Shown here: positions 37,081-47,748 of the stretch, piece after piece
How the letters are laid out: every line of letters starts with the position of its first letter
Numbering within the stretch: position 1 is the first letter of the stretch
NCBI GenBank assembly: GCA_045660295.1
Contig: JAZRDN010000043.1
Coordinates: 378-64,377 of the forward strand
Origin: Eubacteriales bacterium
GTDB taxonomy: Bacteria; Bacillota; Clostridia; Oscillospirales; CAG-272
Length of the DNA: 64,000 nucleotides
Direction: 5' to 3'
Notes under the pieces: model-generated
What the model was told of the DNA's origin: nothing
The model's input: only the letters and a program-made list of their open reading frames with translations
The model's database searches: none
Translations under genes and position numbers: made by a program

Positions 37081-38907
37081 ATGAATAAAAGGGAGCTTTC
37101 CGCGAAACTCAAAGCGATATTTACAGAGGGCGCGGCGGTGAAAATTCTTTTCACCGCCTTTCTCCTCGTGAGCTTTTTGAGCTTGACTCTTAGCGGTGGT
37201 GATTATACCGATATCGCCTTTGTTCAGAGCGATATGTCATTCTCGCTTGCGGCTCTGCTCCTTTTGGGGCTGATAATTTTTTCGGCGGCACTTGCCGCGG
37301 CAGAGGTCTTTGCGGGGAAATATAAGCCCGTGCAGTGGACTATGTTAGCCTCGGCTTTGCTGTTCTCCACCGCGCTTGTCGCGGGCGGAGACAACGCTAC
37401 GCGCTATCACCTGTACGCCGCTATTATAGCCGTTTTCGCTATAATTCTGAGTTGCGTTGTTAATGACGGCACGCTTGACGCCATACCCGAAAGCTTTGAT
37501 AAAAGGATAAGGTGGGGCATCGTCGGCGCGGTTGCCGCCGTATCCTGCTTTGTGGTGGCGGCGATAGGCGTTTACAGATACGCCTCGTATTCATCGCCTA
37601 ATTTTGACTTTGGTATATGGTGCAATATGTTCCATAACATGAGCGAAAGCGGTCTGCCCAATACCACCTGTGAGCGTGACGGCTTGCTGTCGCACTTTGC
37701 GGTGCATTTTTCACCGATATATTATCTTATGCTCCCGTTTTATATGGTCTTTCCTCACCCCGCTACCTTGCAGATATTGCAGGCGGTCATACTCTATTCG
37801 GGCGTTATTCCGCTTTGCATAATGGCAAAGGACAAGGGGCTTTCGGACAGAGCCGCGGCGGCGTTGGGCATAGTTTACGCCTTTTATCCCGCCATAGCTA
37901 CGGGAACATTTTACGACCTGCACGAAAATTGCTTCCTTCTCCCGCTTCTTCTGTGGTGCTTCTGCTTCTTTGAAAAAGAGAAGTATATCCATATGGCGGT
38001 CTTTGCGGGGTTGACCTTGCTTGTTAAAGAGGACGCGTTTATATACGTTCTTGTTTTCGCGCTCTACGTGTTCTTTCTCAAGAGGAAAAAGAAAACCGCC
38101 CTTGCACTGGCATTGGCGGCACTGGTTTATTTCGTTGCGGTTTCTTCGCTTATGCAAGCCTTCGGAAACGGCATAATGACAAGCCGATACGAAAATCTGA
38201 TATTCAACGCCGACGACGGACTTGTGGGCGTGATAAAGACGGCGTTGCTTAATCCCGGATATTTGCTTACACAGATTTTTGTTTCAAAGGACGGCGACAA
38301 CGCAAAGATACTCTATGTCTTCCAGCTTCTCTTGCCCTTGGCGTTTCTGCCCGTTGTCACAAAGAAGATATCAAGATATATTCTTGTCGTTCCCGTGTTA
38401 ATGAACATTATTACGATGTACGTTTATCAACCCAATATCAACTTCCAATATAGCTTTGGAATAATCGCTTTTCTGTTCTACGTAACCGTGTTGAATCTTG
38501 GTGAGCTTGGCAATAAGCCGAGAAAATTCATGCTCTCGCTTTCCGCCGTTGCCGCTTTTCTGCTTTTTGCTATGCTGGTCTGCGGAAATTTAGGCTATTA
38601 TAAAGCGAGGTATGATAATAACAGAGAAGTGTACGAAAAGATGAACGACGCGCTTGAGGAAATGCTTCCCGAGGACGCTTCGGTAGCGTGTACCGCCTTT
38701 ATTCTGCCGCACATAGCCGACCGAGATGAGGTTTATGAGGTTAAATATCATAAGGAAAACGGAAAATATAAGACAGACATAGATTATGCCGTCTTTGATA
38801 TGCGCTATGCTTCGGAAAACGAGGCGGCTGTAAAGGCGTTTCGCGCGGACGGCTACGAGGAGCATTATTCCGACGAGGGAATATTGCTGATTTTAAAGAA
38901 AAAATAA
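37081..38907 (+). CDS. DUF2079-family multi-pass membrane protein (GT-C-like)
   Basis: FDFGIW, SHFAVHFSP, YDLHEN and LLVKED. Confidence 0.8.
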   Translation: MNKRELSAKLKAIFTEGAAVKILFTAFLLVSFLSLTLSGGDYTDIAFVQSDMSFSLAALLLLGLIIFSAALAAAEVFAGKYKPVQWTMLASALLFSTALVAGGDNATRYHLYAAIIAVFAIILSCVVNDGTLDAIPESFDKRIRWGIVGAVAAVSCFVVAAIGVYRYASYSSPNFDFGIWCNMFHNMSESGLPNTTCERDGLLSHFAVHFSPIYYLMLPFYMVFPHPATLQILQAVILYSGVIPLCIMAKDKGLSDRAAAALGIVYAFYPAIATGTFYDLHENCFLLPLLLWCFCFFEKEKYIHMAVFAGLTLLVKEDAFIYVLVFALYVFFLKRKKKTALALALAALVYFVAVSSLMQAFGNGIMTSRYENLIFNADDGLVGVIKTALLNPGYLLTQIFVSKDGDNAKILYVFQLLLPLAFLPVVTKKISRYILVVPVLMNIITMYVYQPNINFQYSFGIIAFLFYVTVLNLGELGNKPRKFMLSLSAVAAFLLFAMLVCGNLGYYKARYDNNREVYEKMNDALEEMLPEDASVACTAFILPHIADRDEVYEVKYHKENGKYKTDIDYAVFDMRYASENEAAVKAFRADGYEEHYSDEGILLILKKK

Positions 38908-38963
38908 TTTTCGGCAAAATTTACAAAAACTATTGACAAGGCTTTGTTAATATGCTATAATAT

Positions 38964-39023
38964 ATTGCCGCATAAAGTAGGCTTTTTTAAGTGCGTTCAT
39001 TCGCCGCCTGCGATAGCGAGTCT
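38964..39023 (+). promoter_or_regulatory. Probable L21 ribosomal protein leader
   Basis: Lies between promoter TTGACA-17-TATAAT and rplU; contains CCGCA...GCGAGTC as in L21 leaders. Confidence 0.6.
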
Positions 39024-39047
39024 AAAAATGAAAGAGAGGTGCTTTCC

Positions 39048-39347
39048 ATGTTCGCAATTATTCAAACCGGCGGAAAGCAGTACAAGGTTAACGAGGGCGA
39101 CATCATTTTTGTTGAGAAGCTCGACGCTAACGAGGGTGACACAGTAACCTTTGACGTAAAGGCAATTTCCGATGGCGAAAAGCTCGAGTTCGGCGCTGCA
39201 AACGCAAAGGTAACAGCAAACGTTCTTAAAAACGGCAAGGCTAAGAAGATTTATGTGATGAAGTACAAGTCTAAGAAGAACGAAAAGAAGAAGATCGGCC
39301 ACAGACAGCCTTACACAAAGGTTCAGATTGCTACAATCGAGGGCTGA
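39048..39347 (+). CDS. rplU: 50S ribosomal protein L21
   Basis: [14 protein letters not shown]...GHRQPYT. Confidence 0.96.
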   Translation: MFAIIQTGGKQYKVNEGDIIFVEKLDANEGDTVTFDVKAISDGEKLEFGAANAKVTANVLKNGKAKKIYVMKYKSKKNEKKKIGHRQPYTKVQIATIEG

Positions 39348-39357
39348 TTCCGAAAAA

Positions 39358-39720
39358 ATGACTAAAATCATTTTTTACAGAAGCGGCGGAAGCTTTTATG
39401 GCTTCGAGGAACAGGGACACGCGTGCTATAATGAAAATGGCGACGACGTGCTTTGCGCCGCACTCTCCGCAATGACCATGCTTATCATCAATACCATTGA
39501 GGTGGCGTACGCGTCAGACGTTGATTACGATATTGACGAGGGCGCGACCAAAATCAAGGTTATGTCAAAGGCGGCGTTGCCCGAATTTGAAGAAGATGAG
39601 CGCAAGAGATATGCGGTCTCGGGACTTTTCATGTCATACTTCTATCAGCTCAACGATATGGTCGAGGAATACTACGATTATCTTGACGTTGATGTGGTGG
39701 ACAAAGAATATACCGAGTAA
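39358..39720 (+). CDS. prp: Ribosomal-processing cysteine protease Prp
   Basis: GHA...DVLCAALS; between rplU and rpmA. Confidence 0.88.
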   Translation: MTKIIFYRSGGSFYGFEEQGHACYNENGDDVLCAALSAMTMLIINTIEVAYASDVDYDIDEGATKIKVMSKAALPEFEEDERKRYAVSGLFMSYFYQLNDMVEEYYDYLDVDVVDKEYTE

Positions 39721-39788
39721 ATTCGATCTTGGATTTGACCCGCTTCCGCGTGGAGGCAACCAATTACATTAATGGAGGTAAGCTTAAA

Positions 39789-40067
39789 ATGTTGAAGCTC
39801 AGTTTGCAGTTTTTTGCTCATAAAAAGGGTGTAGGTTCTACTAAGAACGGTCGTGATAGCGAGTCTAAGCGCCTTGGCGTTAAGAAGGCTGACGGACAGG
39901 CAGTAGTAGCCGGCAACATCATCGTAAGACAGAGAGGAACAGCTATCCATCCCGGTAACAACGTAGGTATCGGTAAGGATGATACTCTTTTCGCTCTTAT
40001 CGACGGTAGAGTAAAGTTCGAGCAGAAGACAAAGGCTAAGAAGCAGGTAAGCGTTTACGCTGACTGA
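39789..40067 (+). CDS. rpmA: 50S ribosomal protein L27 with Prp-cleaved N-terminal extension
   Basis: [24 protein letters not shown]. Confidence 0.96.
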   Translation: MLKLSLQFFAHKKGVGSTKNGRDSESKRLGVKKADGQAVVAGNIIVRQRGTAIHPGNNVGIGKDDTLFALIDGRVKFEQKTKAKKQVSVYAD

Positions 40068-40186
40068 TTTTCGCCCGGTCTCATAAATAAAAGCAGATGA
40101 TAAGTCATCTGCTTTTATTTTCGTTTCACAATAAAAAATCCGCTCCTCAATGAGGAGCGAATTATAAGCAAGGAGCTGATGTAAAA

Positions 40187-40702
40187 TCAGCTCCTTGTAA
40201 GTTTTTTTATAAGATTTGAAAGGGGAAGTATAAGCAACCCCGCGCAAAGATTTCCGATACCATGTAGCATGTCCCACGGCAATCCCGTTATTATCCACGC
40301 TATTGTCTGCTTTAAGTCCATACCGAACAAAAGCGCTTGAGTGGGGGCGTAGAGCGTGCCGTAGGCAAGCCCGTGCAGACAGCATACAAGCGGATAGATC
40401 ACGCAGTAGGCTTTTGCGGGGAGCTTTTGCGGAATAAGCATTGTAATTCCCCAAAGCACAGTCCATATATACAGATATGGTACCCACCACGCCGAAAAGC
40501 CGCCGTACAATCCCGTTATGAAAACGAAAACGTATATAGGTATCAGTGCTTTTTTTCTGAAGGATACCGTGTAAACCATTGTAAACATTCCGAGCAGGTG
40601 AATGTTTGGGAGTAGCTCCATTATGATTTTAGAGCAAAACATCAGCGTGCCTAACATCGCGAACAAGCACGTTTCCTTTACTCTTTGGGTTCTTTGGCTC
40701 AT
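40187..40702 (-). CDS. ECF S-component-like membrane protein, probably cobalamin uptake
   Basis: LPNIH...GLPWDMLHGIGN; downstream of a cobalamin riboswitch. Confidence 0.7.
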   Translation of the reverse strand: MSQRTQRVKETCLFAMLGTLMFCSKIIMELLPNIHLLGMFTMVYTVSFRKKALIPIYVFVFITGLYGGFSAWWVPYLYIWTVLWGITMLIPQKLPAKAYCVIYPLVCCLHGLAYGTLYAPTQALLFGMDLKQTIAWIITGLPWDMLHGIGNLCAGLLILPLSNLIKKLTRS

Positions 40703-40708
40703 AAGCGG

Positions 40709-41128
40709 TTATTTTGTATAAACAAGCTCGTAATGCTCTCCTCCGAATATTTCGGTGGTGTCTACACCCGTCAGCATGTATTCTCCGTTCTGATAGAACG
40801 CCCAGTAGCTTTGGTCTGCGTCGTAGTCGGCGGTTATGCCGTTGACCTTTTTGATGTACAGACCGAACTGACCCGCCTCGCCGTCTATAAGCGCGTGCTC
40901 AATAAGCGCGTCTCCGAGTATTGCTTTATCGGTGTTTAGAGTGAAGGTTACCGAGTGCTCTTTGACCGTGACCTCTACGACCACGGTTTTTTCGCCCTCG
41001 CCAAGCTCGGTGTCCTCGGTATACATGGCGCTTTCCCAAAGCGTGTCGGTGTCAGCGGCGCCGCCGCAAGAAACGAGACAAAGCGTTAAGGCGAGTAATA
41101 ATAAAAATGTGTTCAGTGTTTTTTTCAT
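40709..41128 (-). CDS. DUF4430 (transcobalamin-C-like) lipoprotein
   Basis: Lipobox LVSC; GLYIKKVNGITAD...YWAFYQNGEY..TGVD. Confidence 0.8.
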   Translation of the reverse strand: MKKTLNTFLLLLALTLCLVSCGGAADTDTLWESAMYTEDTELGEGEKTVVVEVTVKEHSVTFTLNTDKAILGDALIEHALIDGEAGQFGLYIKKVNGITADYDADQSYWAFYQNGEYMLTGVDTTEIFGGEHYELVYTK

Positions 41129-41171
41129 GTTTTTTGATCCTTTCCTGTTTTGAAATTCACAAAAAGGATAA

Positions 41172-41400
41172 AATAAAAGCACCCTCCGTGGGTGCGATCG
41201 CTTATGGATACCCTGCCGTATCCGAAAATCAAGCCCGCATCTCTCCCACTTGCCCAAGAGACCTTTATGAGGCACAGAACGATAAGCATTCCGACTTGAC
41301 CAAAAAGGAGATACGGTAATGGCTGTTGCCGCAGATTCTCACTGCGATTTCCTTATCCCCGAATACGCCAAACGGCGTACCCGACAACGAAGCAATATGC
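41172..41400 (-). ncRNA. Cobalamin riboswitch (compact variant) with terminator
   Basis: GATAAGGAAATCGCAGTGAGAATCTGCGG...TTACCGTA...AAGTCGGAATGCTTATC (B12-box-like); terminator GCACCC-ACGGA-GGGTGC-TTTT. Confidence 0.75.
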
Positions 41401-41540
41401 TTCAGATGAACTGTGTTTATTCTTTTTTGCACAAATATTGTAGCACATTTTCCGACCTTTTTCAAGAGGTTTTGAGAAAAATGCAATAAAATCGCATAAA
41501 TAAAAGCCCCTACGGGGGCTTTTATCATTTTAACGGTTGC

Positions 41541-43943
41541 TTAAAGTATGATGTGCGTGAAATCTCCCACTGCGCGGAGAATTTCGGTCTCGCGCTTGTG
41601 GCAGGTAAAGAGCAGGCACTGACCGCCGTTGCGCGTGTACGCGTAAAGCATCGTCAGCATGTTCTTTGTTCTCACGTCGTCAAGTAGCGAGAAGCCCTCG
41701 TCAAAGGTAAAGGGCGGGGGATTTTCGCCACATATAAGCTCTACAAGCGCCATGCGGAGCGAGATATACGCCGCGTCACGCGTGCCTCGGCTCAAAGCCT
41801 CAATGCTTCTTGTAGAACCGTCTACGTTCGCGCTTATCTCAAGGTCGGGTGAAAGTCCAAGCTCGCTGTATTTGCCCGACGTCAGCATTCCCATAAGCTC
41901 GCCCGCGCGCTTGCGTATAGTGGGCGTTACGTTCTTTCTGATGTTGTCGGAAGCGGTGTCGATAGCGTTTATCGCCATTACGAGCGCGTTGTAATTCAGT
42001 CTGTTTTGCTCAAGCTCGCGGCACACCTCGTCAAGCTTGGTGTTGAGCTTTGCGGGATTTTCTGCGGTCGAGGTCAGCGCGATAAGCTCCTTTTCGATGC
42101 CTATGCGCTTTTGCATAGCCGCCGCGTACTGGTTTTTGTAAAACTCATGCTTGCGCCTGATGTCAGCGATGTCGGTGTTTTCGGCAATGTGATCTACGTC
42201 TGCCGTAGCAGGAATGTCTGCTCTGAGCTCGGACTCGTTGTAGTCCTCAAGCGAGGTCTTTATTGACAAAGCTGTGTTTTGCTTTGCTTTCAGCTCAAGC
42301 TCAAGGGCTTCCTTGCGCGCGCAAACCTCGGTAAGCTCGCTTCTGCGAGACCTGAGAAGCGCCGAGATCGCCTTGTCGTCGCCGTCCTCACATTTGGTGT
42401 CGATAGAGGAGAGAAGCTCAGTGGCAAGGGTCAAATCTCTGTCGTACTCGGCTCTTACCGTCGACAGTCTTTCGGAAGCTGCCTCAAAAGCCTGATCGTG
42501 GCGGCGGCAAAGCTCGAAATGCTTTTCGCATTTGTCAATATGCTCCTCAAGCTCGGCAGGTGTTGCCGTGCTTGTGATAAGTCCGTAATCGGCAAAGAAG
42601 GCCAAGCGCTCTTTGGTTCTTTTTGACGCCGCCGCGCTTCTTGTGATACCGAGAATAAGGAATATCGCGCCTATGGCTGTTATCGCGATTAACGCGTAAA
42701 GCACCATGCTCGAGGGAATACCGTTGAACAAAGCGCTGAAGAACCCACTCAGTATCAACAAGAAAGCAAAATTGGGAACAAGAGGTCCGATAAATCCCAA
42801 CGCACCCACAAGGAGCAGAATGCCGCCGAGAATATAGAATATTACCGATGCGGCTATTGCGCTCTTTCGCTTCTTAATAAGATTTGTGACCTGAGCCAGA
42901 ATAGTCGATTTTTTACCGTTCTGCTCCACCTTTTCGTGCAGAGCCGCAAGTATTCTGTCTCCGCAGGGAGAGGCTTCGGCGTTTGCCAGCTCACCCTTTG
43001 CAAAGGTCAGCCGTCCCGCACTGTCGGAAAGCGTGCGCTCCGCGGTGTCAAGCTCGTCAAGAAGCGCCCTGTCAGGCAGCTTTCCGAAAAATCCGCGTGT
43101 CTCGGTAAGCTCGCGCAACGAGCCTTGAAGCCCGTATATGCTTTCTTCCTCGGCGTGAAGCTCGTTGAAACGCTTGAGCACGGTACAGGTCTCGTAGACC
43201 TTTATCTCACGCTCCTTTTCGCGCTCGCCCTTGGCTGACTGCGCCTCTACCTCAGAAAGCGCGTGAGCCGCGTTTTCCTTGGCGATTATTATGTCAGCAT
43301 CCTGCTTGGCTTTTTCCAGCTTTACCTCAAGCTCAGCCTTTTCAAGCTCCAGCTCGTAAAGCCTTCCGCCCTTGGCGCTTTTGTGAAGAAGCGTTTTTCT
43401 GAACGCATCCAGCTTGGTCTGCGCTTTTTTGGTGTCTATCTTTTCGTCAGCCGAAAGCAGGAGATTTTCGATAGACGAGCGCACCGAGTTGCCGTCAATG
43501 CTTGTACATTCAAGCTGACGCACACATGAGGTGCTGTCGTATACGTCAGCGGGGATTCCGAGAAAGAGCTTGCCGGGAAGCTCGTCCTTGAACACCTCAC
43601 TGCCGGTTTTTAAGTCGATTATCTTACATTCGTCTATCGCGCCGCGTGATGTTGCGCCCGAAAGCTGATATTTTCTCTCAATACGGTAGCTTCCGTCGGG
43701 GAGCGTTACTTCCATGCTACCCGACGCCGTCTGGTTGTCCCAGGAAAGCCCCCTGTCGCGGTCTGTAAGCGCATCCGAGGCAGTCTTTTTGGGCAGCCCG
43801 TAAAGCATAAAGCGGATAAAGCCCACAACCGTGCTTTTACCCGACTCGTTGCGCCCCTCAAAAACGTTTATGCCGTCCTTGAGTGAAAAACAGCGATTTT
43901 TGAGAGCACCGAATTCGGTTATCGTTATTTTATCAATTCTCAT
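41541..43943 (-). CDS. YhaN/SbcC-like AAA ATPase with coiled coils and central TM segments
   Basis: GRNESGKST, LSRGT and FTFDEGFSLLD; hydrophobic middle. Confidence 0.85.
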   Translation of the reverse strand: MRIDKITITEFGALKNRCFSLKDGINVFEGRNESGKSTVVGFIRFMLYGLPKKTASDALTDRDRGLSWDNQTASGSMEVTLPDGSYRIERKYQLSGATSRGAIDECKIIDLKTGSEVFKDELPGKLFLGIPADVYDSTSCVRQLECTSIDGNSVRSSIENLLLSADEKIDTKKAQTKLDAFRKTLLHKSAKGGRLYELELEKAELEVKLEKAKQDADIIIAKENAAHALSEVEAQSAKGEREKEREIKVYETCTVLKRFNELHAEEESIYGLQGSLRELTETRGFFGKLPDRALLDELDTAERTLSDSAGRLTFAKGELANAEASPCGDRILAALHEKVEQNGKKSTILAQVTNLIKKRKSAIAASVIFYILGGILLLVGALGFIGPLVPNFAFLLILSGFFSALFNGIPSSMVLYALIAITAIGAIFLILGITRSAAASKRTKERLAFFADYGLITSTATPAELEEHIDKCEKHFELCRRHDQAFEAASERLSTVRAEYDRDLTLATELLSSIDTKCEDGDDKAISALLRSRRSELTEVCARKEALELELKAKQNTALSIKTSLEDYNESELRADIPATADVDHIAENTDIADIRRKHEFYKNQYAAAMQKRIGIEKELIALTSTAENPAKLNTKLDEVCRELEQNRLNYNALVMAINAIDTASDNIRKNVTPTIRKRAGELMGMLTSGKYSELGLSPDLEISANVDGSTRSIEALSRGTRDAAYISLRMALVELICGENPPPFTFDEGFSLLDDVRTKNMLTMLYAYTRNGGQCLLFTCHKRETEILRAVGDFTHIIL

Positions 43944-43970
43944 TTTTTAATCCTCTTTTTTGATACTCGC

Positions 43971-45080
43971 CTAAAGTATAATGGGCTTGTCGTCAAGCGC
44001 TGAAAGACCGAGACGAAGCGCTAAAACCGCCGCCTTTCTCTCCTCCTCCGAGCCCTCGCGTATTATCTTTACGAGTGTGCGGTAGAATTCGCCGCGCACG
44101 CTGACATCCTGTGCCAGTGTGTCCTCATCAAGCGTGGGGAGAGTTTCGTCCTTTATGTCAAGAGAGTAGAGACCTTCAACTGCCTCGCGTATTCTTTGCG
44201 CGTTGGGAGCGTATTCAGACGTTACCGCGCCGTGGAGAACAACTCGGAGCGAGGTGTCATCCTTGTAATTCTTGACGGCGATGCGCTGACGGATCTTTTC
44301 TATAACCTCACTGTCGTTGCCCGCACCCGTAATGTCCAGCTTTTCTATCATGTATCTGCGCTTGGCAAGCTGAATTTTTTGGTGGCTTATCTTTTTGCCG
44401 TCTATCTCAAGCAGTATAGCGCCTCCGAAGTCAAGCTCGTCAAAGCTGCGCCCCTCAGCGCATCCGCAGTATGACGCAAGCGTCCCGTTGTAATTGCCGA
44501 TCTCAGGGGCGTTGTGAACGTGTCCTAAAGCCGCGTAATCAAAGGGCGAGTCGTCAAGCTCGCGTGGGGATATCGGCGCGTATTTTGAGAGTGATTGAAC
44601 AGTGTCAGCATGGGCGCAGAGCAGATTTACCCTGTTAGGATCGACAGAATATTCTGTCGCCAGAGGATGCTCCTCGTATGAAGCCGATGTAAACGCGTAG
44701 CCCCATACCGTTATGCCAAGCTCTGCAAAATCAAATGACGAGAGCTTTTTACTGTCAAAAATATGCACGTTTTTGGGGAATCCGCTTGAATAGATGCCGT
44801 TGGGAACGTAGGGGTCGTGGTTGCCCGGCGCTATGACCACAGGGCAGGGAAGATTGCCCAAAAGGTCTGCGACGTATTTTACGGTTTTTGAATTGGTAAA
44901 GCCGTTGTCAAACAAATCTCCCGCAATGAGAACGAGGTCTATGCGCTGGTTTCTTATGTAGCAAATAAGCGTGCGAAAAAGCTCGCGCTGTTCCTCACGG
45001 CGAGCCTCGCTTTGTATTGGGTCAAGCCCCGAAAAAGGGCTGTCAAGATGTAGGTCGGCACAATGTAAAACTTTAAGCAT
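43971..45080 (-). CDS. YhaO/SbcD/Mre11-like metallophosphoesterase nuclease
   Basis: ADLHLD, AGDLFD, PGNHD and ALGHVH. Confidence 0.9.
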   Translation of the reverse strand: MLKVLHCADLHLDSPFSGLDPIQSEARREEQRELFRTLICYIRNQRIDLVLIAGDLFDNGFTNSKTVKYVADLLGNLPCPVVIAPGNHDPYVPNGIYSSGFPKNVHIFDSKKLSSFDFAELGITVWGYAFTSASYEEHPLATEYSVDPNRVNLLCAHADTVQSLSKYAPISPRELDDSPFDYAALGHVHNAPEIGNYNGTLASYCGCAEGRSFDELDFGGAILLEIDGKKISHQKIQLAKRRYMIEKLDITGAGNDSEVIEKIRQRIAVKNYKDDTSLRVVLHGAVTSEYAPNAQRIREAVEGLYSLDIKDETLPTLDEDTLAQDVSVRGEFYRTLVKIIREGSEEERKAAVLALRLGLSALDDKPIIL

Positions 45081-45264
45081 TGAATTCCTCCGAAAAAACA
45101 TATATACACATTAAGTATACCATAAAATTGCACTAACTTCAAGGGGATTTCATAAAAGATTTATACATTCTGCGAAAATATCTTTCTTGACAAGAAAGCT
45201 GTTTTGTAATATAATAATATATAATGATTTTTGATTTGATTGTATGTATCAGAAAGGTAAACAA

Positions 45265-46110
45265 ATGTACAGGATAGTAAAAAAGCAAGTGCTTAATCCC
45301 ACGGTAACGCTTATGGAGATAGACGCGCCCTTGGTGGCAAGGTCGGCAGAGCCGGGGCAGTTCATTATTTTGCGAGTTGACGCGGAGGGCGAGCGAATTC
45401 CGCTTACCATCGCTGATTTCGACAGAGAAAAGGGAACTGTAACAATTATATATCAGATAGTCGGAGCAACCACCGAAAAGCTCAACCGCAAGAACGAGGG
45501 CGAGTATATAGAGGATTTTGCAGGCCCCCTCGGCAGACCTACCGAAACAGAGGGACTTAAAAAGGTAGCGGTGGTCGGAGGCGGCGTGGGTTGCGCTATT
45601 GCGTACCCTGTGGCAAAGAAGCTTCACGAAAGCGGCTGTGAGGTTCATTCTATCGTGGGCTTCAGAAATAAAGATCTTGTTATCCTTGAGGACGAGTTCA
45701 GACAAAACTCAACCAAGCTCGTGCTTATGTCAGATGACGGAAGCTGCGGTGAAAAGGGTCTGGTTACCGACGCGCTCCGCAAGCTTATCGAAAGCGGAGA
45801 GAAGTACGACAGAGTTATCACCATAGGTCCTCTTATCATGATGAAATTTGTTTGCAAGTTGACCAAGGAGTTTGAAATTCCCACGGTTGCCAGCATGAAC
45901 CCCATTATGATTGACGGTACGGGAATGTGCGGCGGATGCCGTCTCACTGTGGGCGGCAAGACAAAGTTCGCTTGCGTTGACGGCCCCGAGTTCGACGGTC
46001 ACGAGATAGACTTCGACGAGGCTATGGCGCGAGGCGCTATGTACAAGCCCTTTGAACGCCATGCTCACGAGGAGACCTGTAATCTTTTCAAATTAGGAGA
46101 AAACAAGTAA
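45265..46110 (+). CDS. nfnA: Electron-bifurcating transhydrogenase small subunit
   Basis: PGQFIILR, ERIPLT and DGTGMCGGCR..ACVDGP. Confidence 0.9.
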   Translation: MYRIVKKQVLNPTVTLMEIDAPLVARSAEPGQFIILRVDAEGERIPLTIADFDREKGTVTIIYQIVGATTEKLNRKNEGEYIEDFAGPLGRPTETEGLKKVAVVGGGVGCAIAYPVAKKLHESGCEVHSIVGFRNKDLVILEDEFRQNSTKLVLMSDDGSCGEKGLVTDALRKLIESGEKYDRVITIGPLIMMKFVCKLTKEFEIPTVASMNPIMIDGTGMCGGCRLTVGGKTKFACVDGPEFDGHEIDFDEAMARGAMYKPFERHAHEETCNLFKLGENK

Positions 46111-47492
46111 TGCCAAATATGTCACTTAAGAAAAACGAGATGCCCTCACAGGCACCCGAGATAAGAAATAAAAATTTTCTTGAGGTCGCTCTCGGATATA
46201 CCCCCGAACAGGCAATAGACGAGGCAAAGCGTTGCCTTAACTGTAAGAATAAGCCCTGCGTCGGCGGTTGTCCCGTAAAAATTTACATACCCGAGTTCAT
46301 CGCTAAGGTGGCAGAGGGCGAATTTGAGGAAGCCTATAAAATAATAACCAAGTCCAGCTCGCTCCCCGCGGTGTGCGGACGTGTCTGCCCTCAGGAAAGT
46401 CAGTGCGAGCAGAAATGCGTAAGAGGAATTAAGGGCGAGCCCGTGGCTATCGGACGCCTTGAAAGATTTGTTGCCGATTATCATAACGCCAATTCTGACG
46501 AAAAGGCGACCGCTCCCGCAAGTAACGGTCATAAGGTAGCGGTGGTAGGCTCTGGACCCAGCGGTCTTGCCTGCGCGGGCGACCTTGCCAAAAAAGGCTA
46601 TGAGGTAACCGTGTTTGAGGCGCTTCATACCCCCGGCGGAGTGCTTGTCTACGGTATTCCCGAATTCAGACTTCCCAAGGATATAGTAAAAAAGGAGATC
46701 GAAACGCTCAAAGAACTGGGCGTAAAGATAGAGACCAACGTAATTATCGGTAAGACCATCTCGGTTGACGCGCTTATGAACGAATACGGCTTTGAGTCGG
46801 TATTTATCGGGTCGGGCGCGGGACTTCCCAGATTTATGAATATCGCGGGCGAAAACCTTAACGGCGTTTACTCGGCAAACGAGTTCCTGACCCGTGTAAA
46901 CCTTATGAAGGCATATAAGCCCGACAGTGCGACACCCATTCAGCGCGGAAACAGCGTGGTGGTTGTGGGCGGCGGTAACGTGGCTATGGATGCGGCTCGC
47001 TCGGCGAAGCGACTGGGCGCTGACGTTACTATCGTTTACAGACGTACCGAGGCAGAGCTCCCCGCAAGACACGAGGAGGTCGAGCACGCAAAGGAGGAGG
47101 GAATCAACTTCAAGCTCCTCACCAACCCCGTTGAAATAAAGGGCACAGATGGCTGGGTAAGCGGTATAGTTTGCCAGAGAATGGAGCTTTCCGAGCCCGA
47201 CGAGTCGGGACGTGCGAGACCTGTGGCTGTCGAGGGCAGTGAGTTTGAGGTTAAGGCTGATTGTGTTATCATGGCAATCGGAACGTCGCCAAACCCGCTT
47301 ATCAAATCCACCACACAGGGACTTGAAACCCAGAAATGGGGCGGCATCGTAGCCGACGAAAACGGACTTACGTCCAGAGAGGGAATATACGCGGGCGGAG
47401 ACGCGGTAACAGGCGCCGCAACCGTAATTCTCGCCATGGGCGCGGGCAAGACCGCCGCCGCGGCAATTGATGAATATATTCAAAATAAATAA
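46110..47492 (+). CDS. nfnB: Electron-bifurcating transhydrogenase large subunit (GltD-like)
   Basis: RCLNC...CPV, CGRVCPQE, GSGPSG, YGIPEFRL and GGGNVAMD; 1-bp overlap with nfnA. Confidence 0.9.
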   Translation: MPNMSLKKNEMPSQAPEIRNKNFLEVALGYTPEQAIDEAKRCLNCKNKPCVGGCPVKIYIPEFIAKVAEGEFEEAYKIITKSSSLPAVCGRVCPQESQCEQKCVRGIKGEPVAIGRLERFVADYHNANSDEKATAPASNGHKVAVVGSGPSGLACAGDLAKKGYEVTVFEALHTPGGVLVYGIPEFRLPKDIVKKEIETLKELGVKIETNVIIGKTISVDALMNEYGFESVFIGSGAGLPRFMNIAGENLNGVYSANEFLTRVNLMKAYKPDSATPIQRGNSVVVVGGGNVAMDAARSAKRLGADVTIVYRRTEAELPARHEEVEHAKEEGINFKLLTNPVEIKGTDGWVSGIVCQRMELSEPDESGRARPVAVEGSEFEVKADCVIMAIGTSPNPLIKSTTQGLETQKWGGIVADENGLTSREGIYAGGDAVTGAATVILAMGAGKTAAAAIDEYIQNK

Positions 47493-47496
47493 ACAG

Positions 47497-47530
47497 AAAA
47501 CAGGCAACCGAAATCGGTTGCCTGTTTTTT
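47497..47530 (+). terminator. Intrinsic terminator
   Basis: AAAACAGGCAACCGA-AA-TCGGTTGCCTGTTTT. Confidence 0.8.
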
Positions 47531-47748
47531 GGTAAAGCGTACAAGTCGGGGATTGAAAGGCGTCAATGAAAATCAAGTCTGTACAATAAATTCACATGGG
47601 CTTCTCGCACAAAACTTCGTGAGGATAAATATTCTGTTAATGGGGAATTTCTCAATTCCCGTGTATAAGTTTGGGGACAGTATGGCAACAATATGAGTAC
47701 AACCCCAAAGGATAATAAACGCTCGCGGATAAAGAAATGGAGAAAGTT

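Noticed and set aside
45100-45264. Rex operator upstream of nfnAB
   Set aside because: No convincing TTGTGAA-N4-TTCACAA match found by eye
47531-47748. Antitoxin gene upstream of mazF
   Set aside because: Only ORFs under ~20 codons on the plus strand
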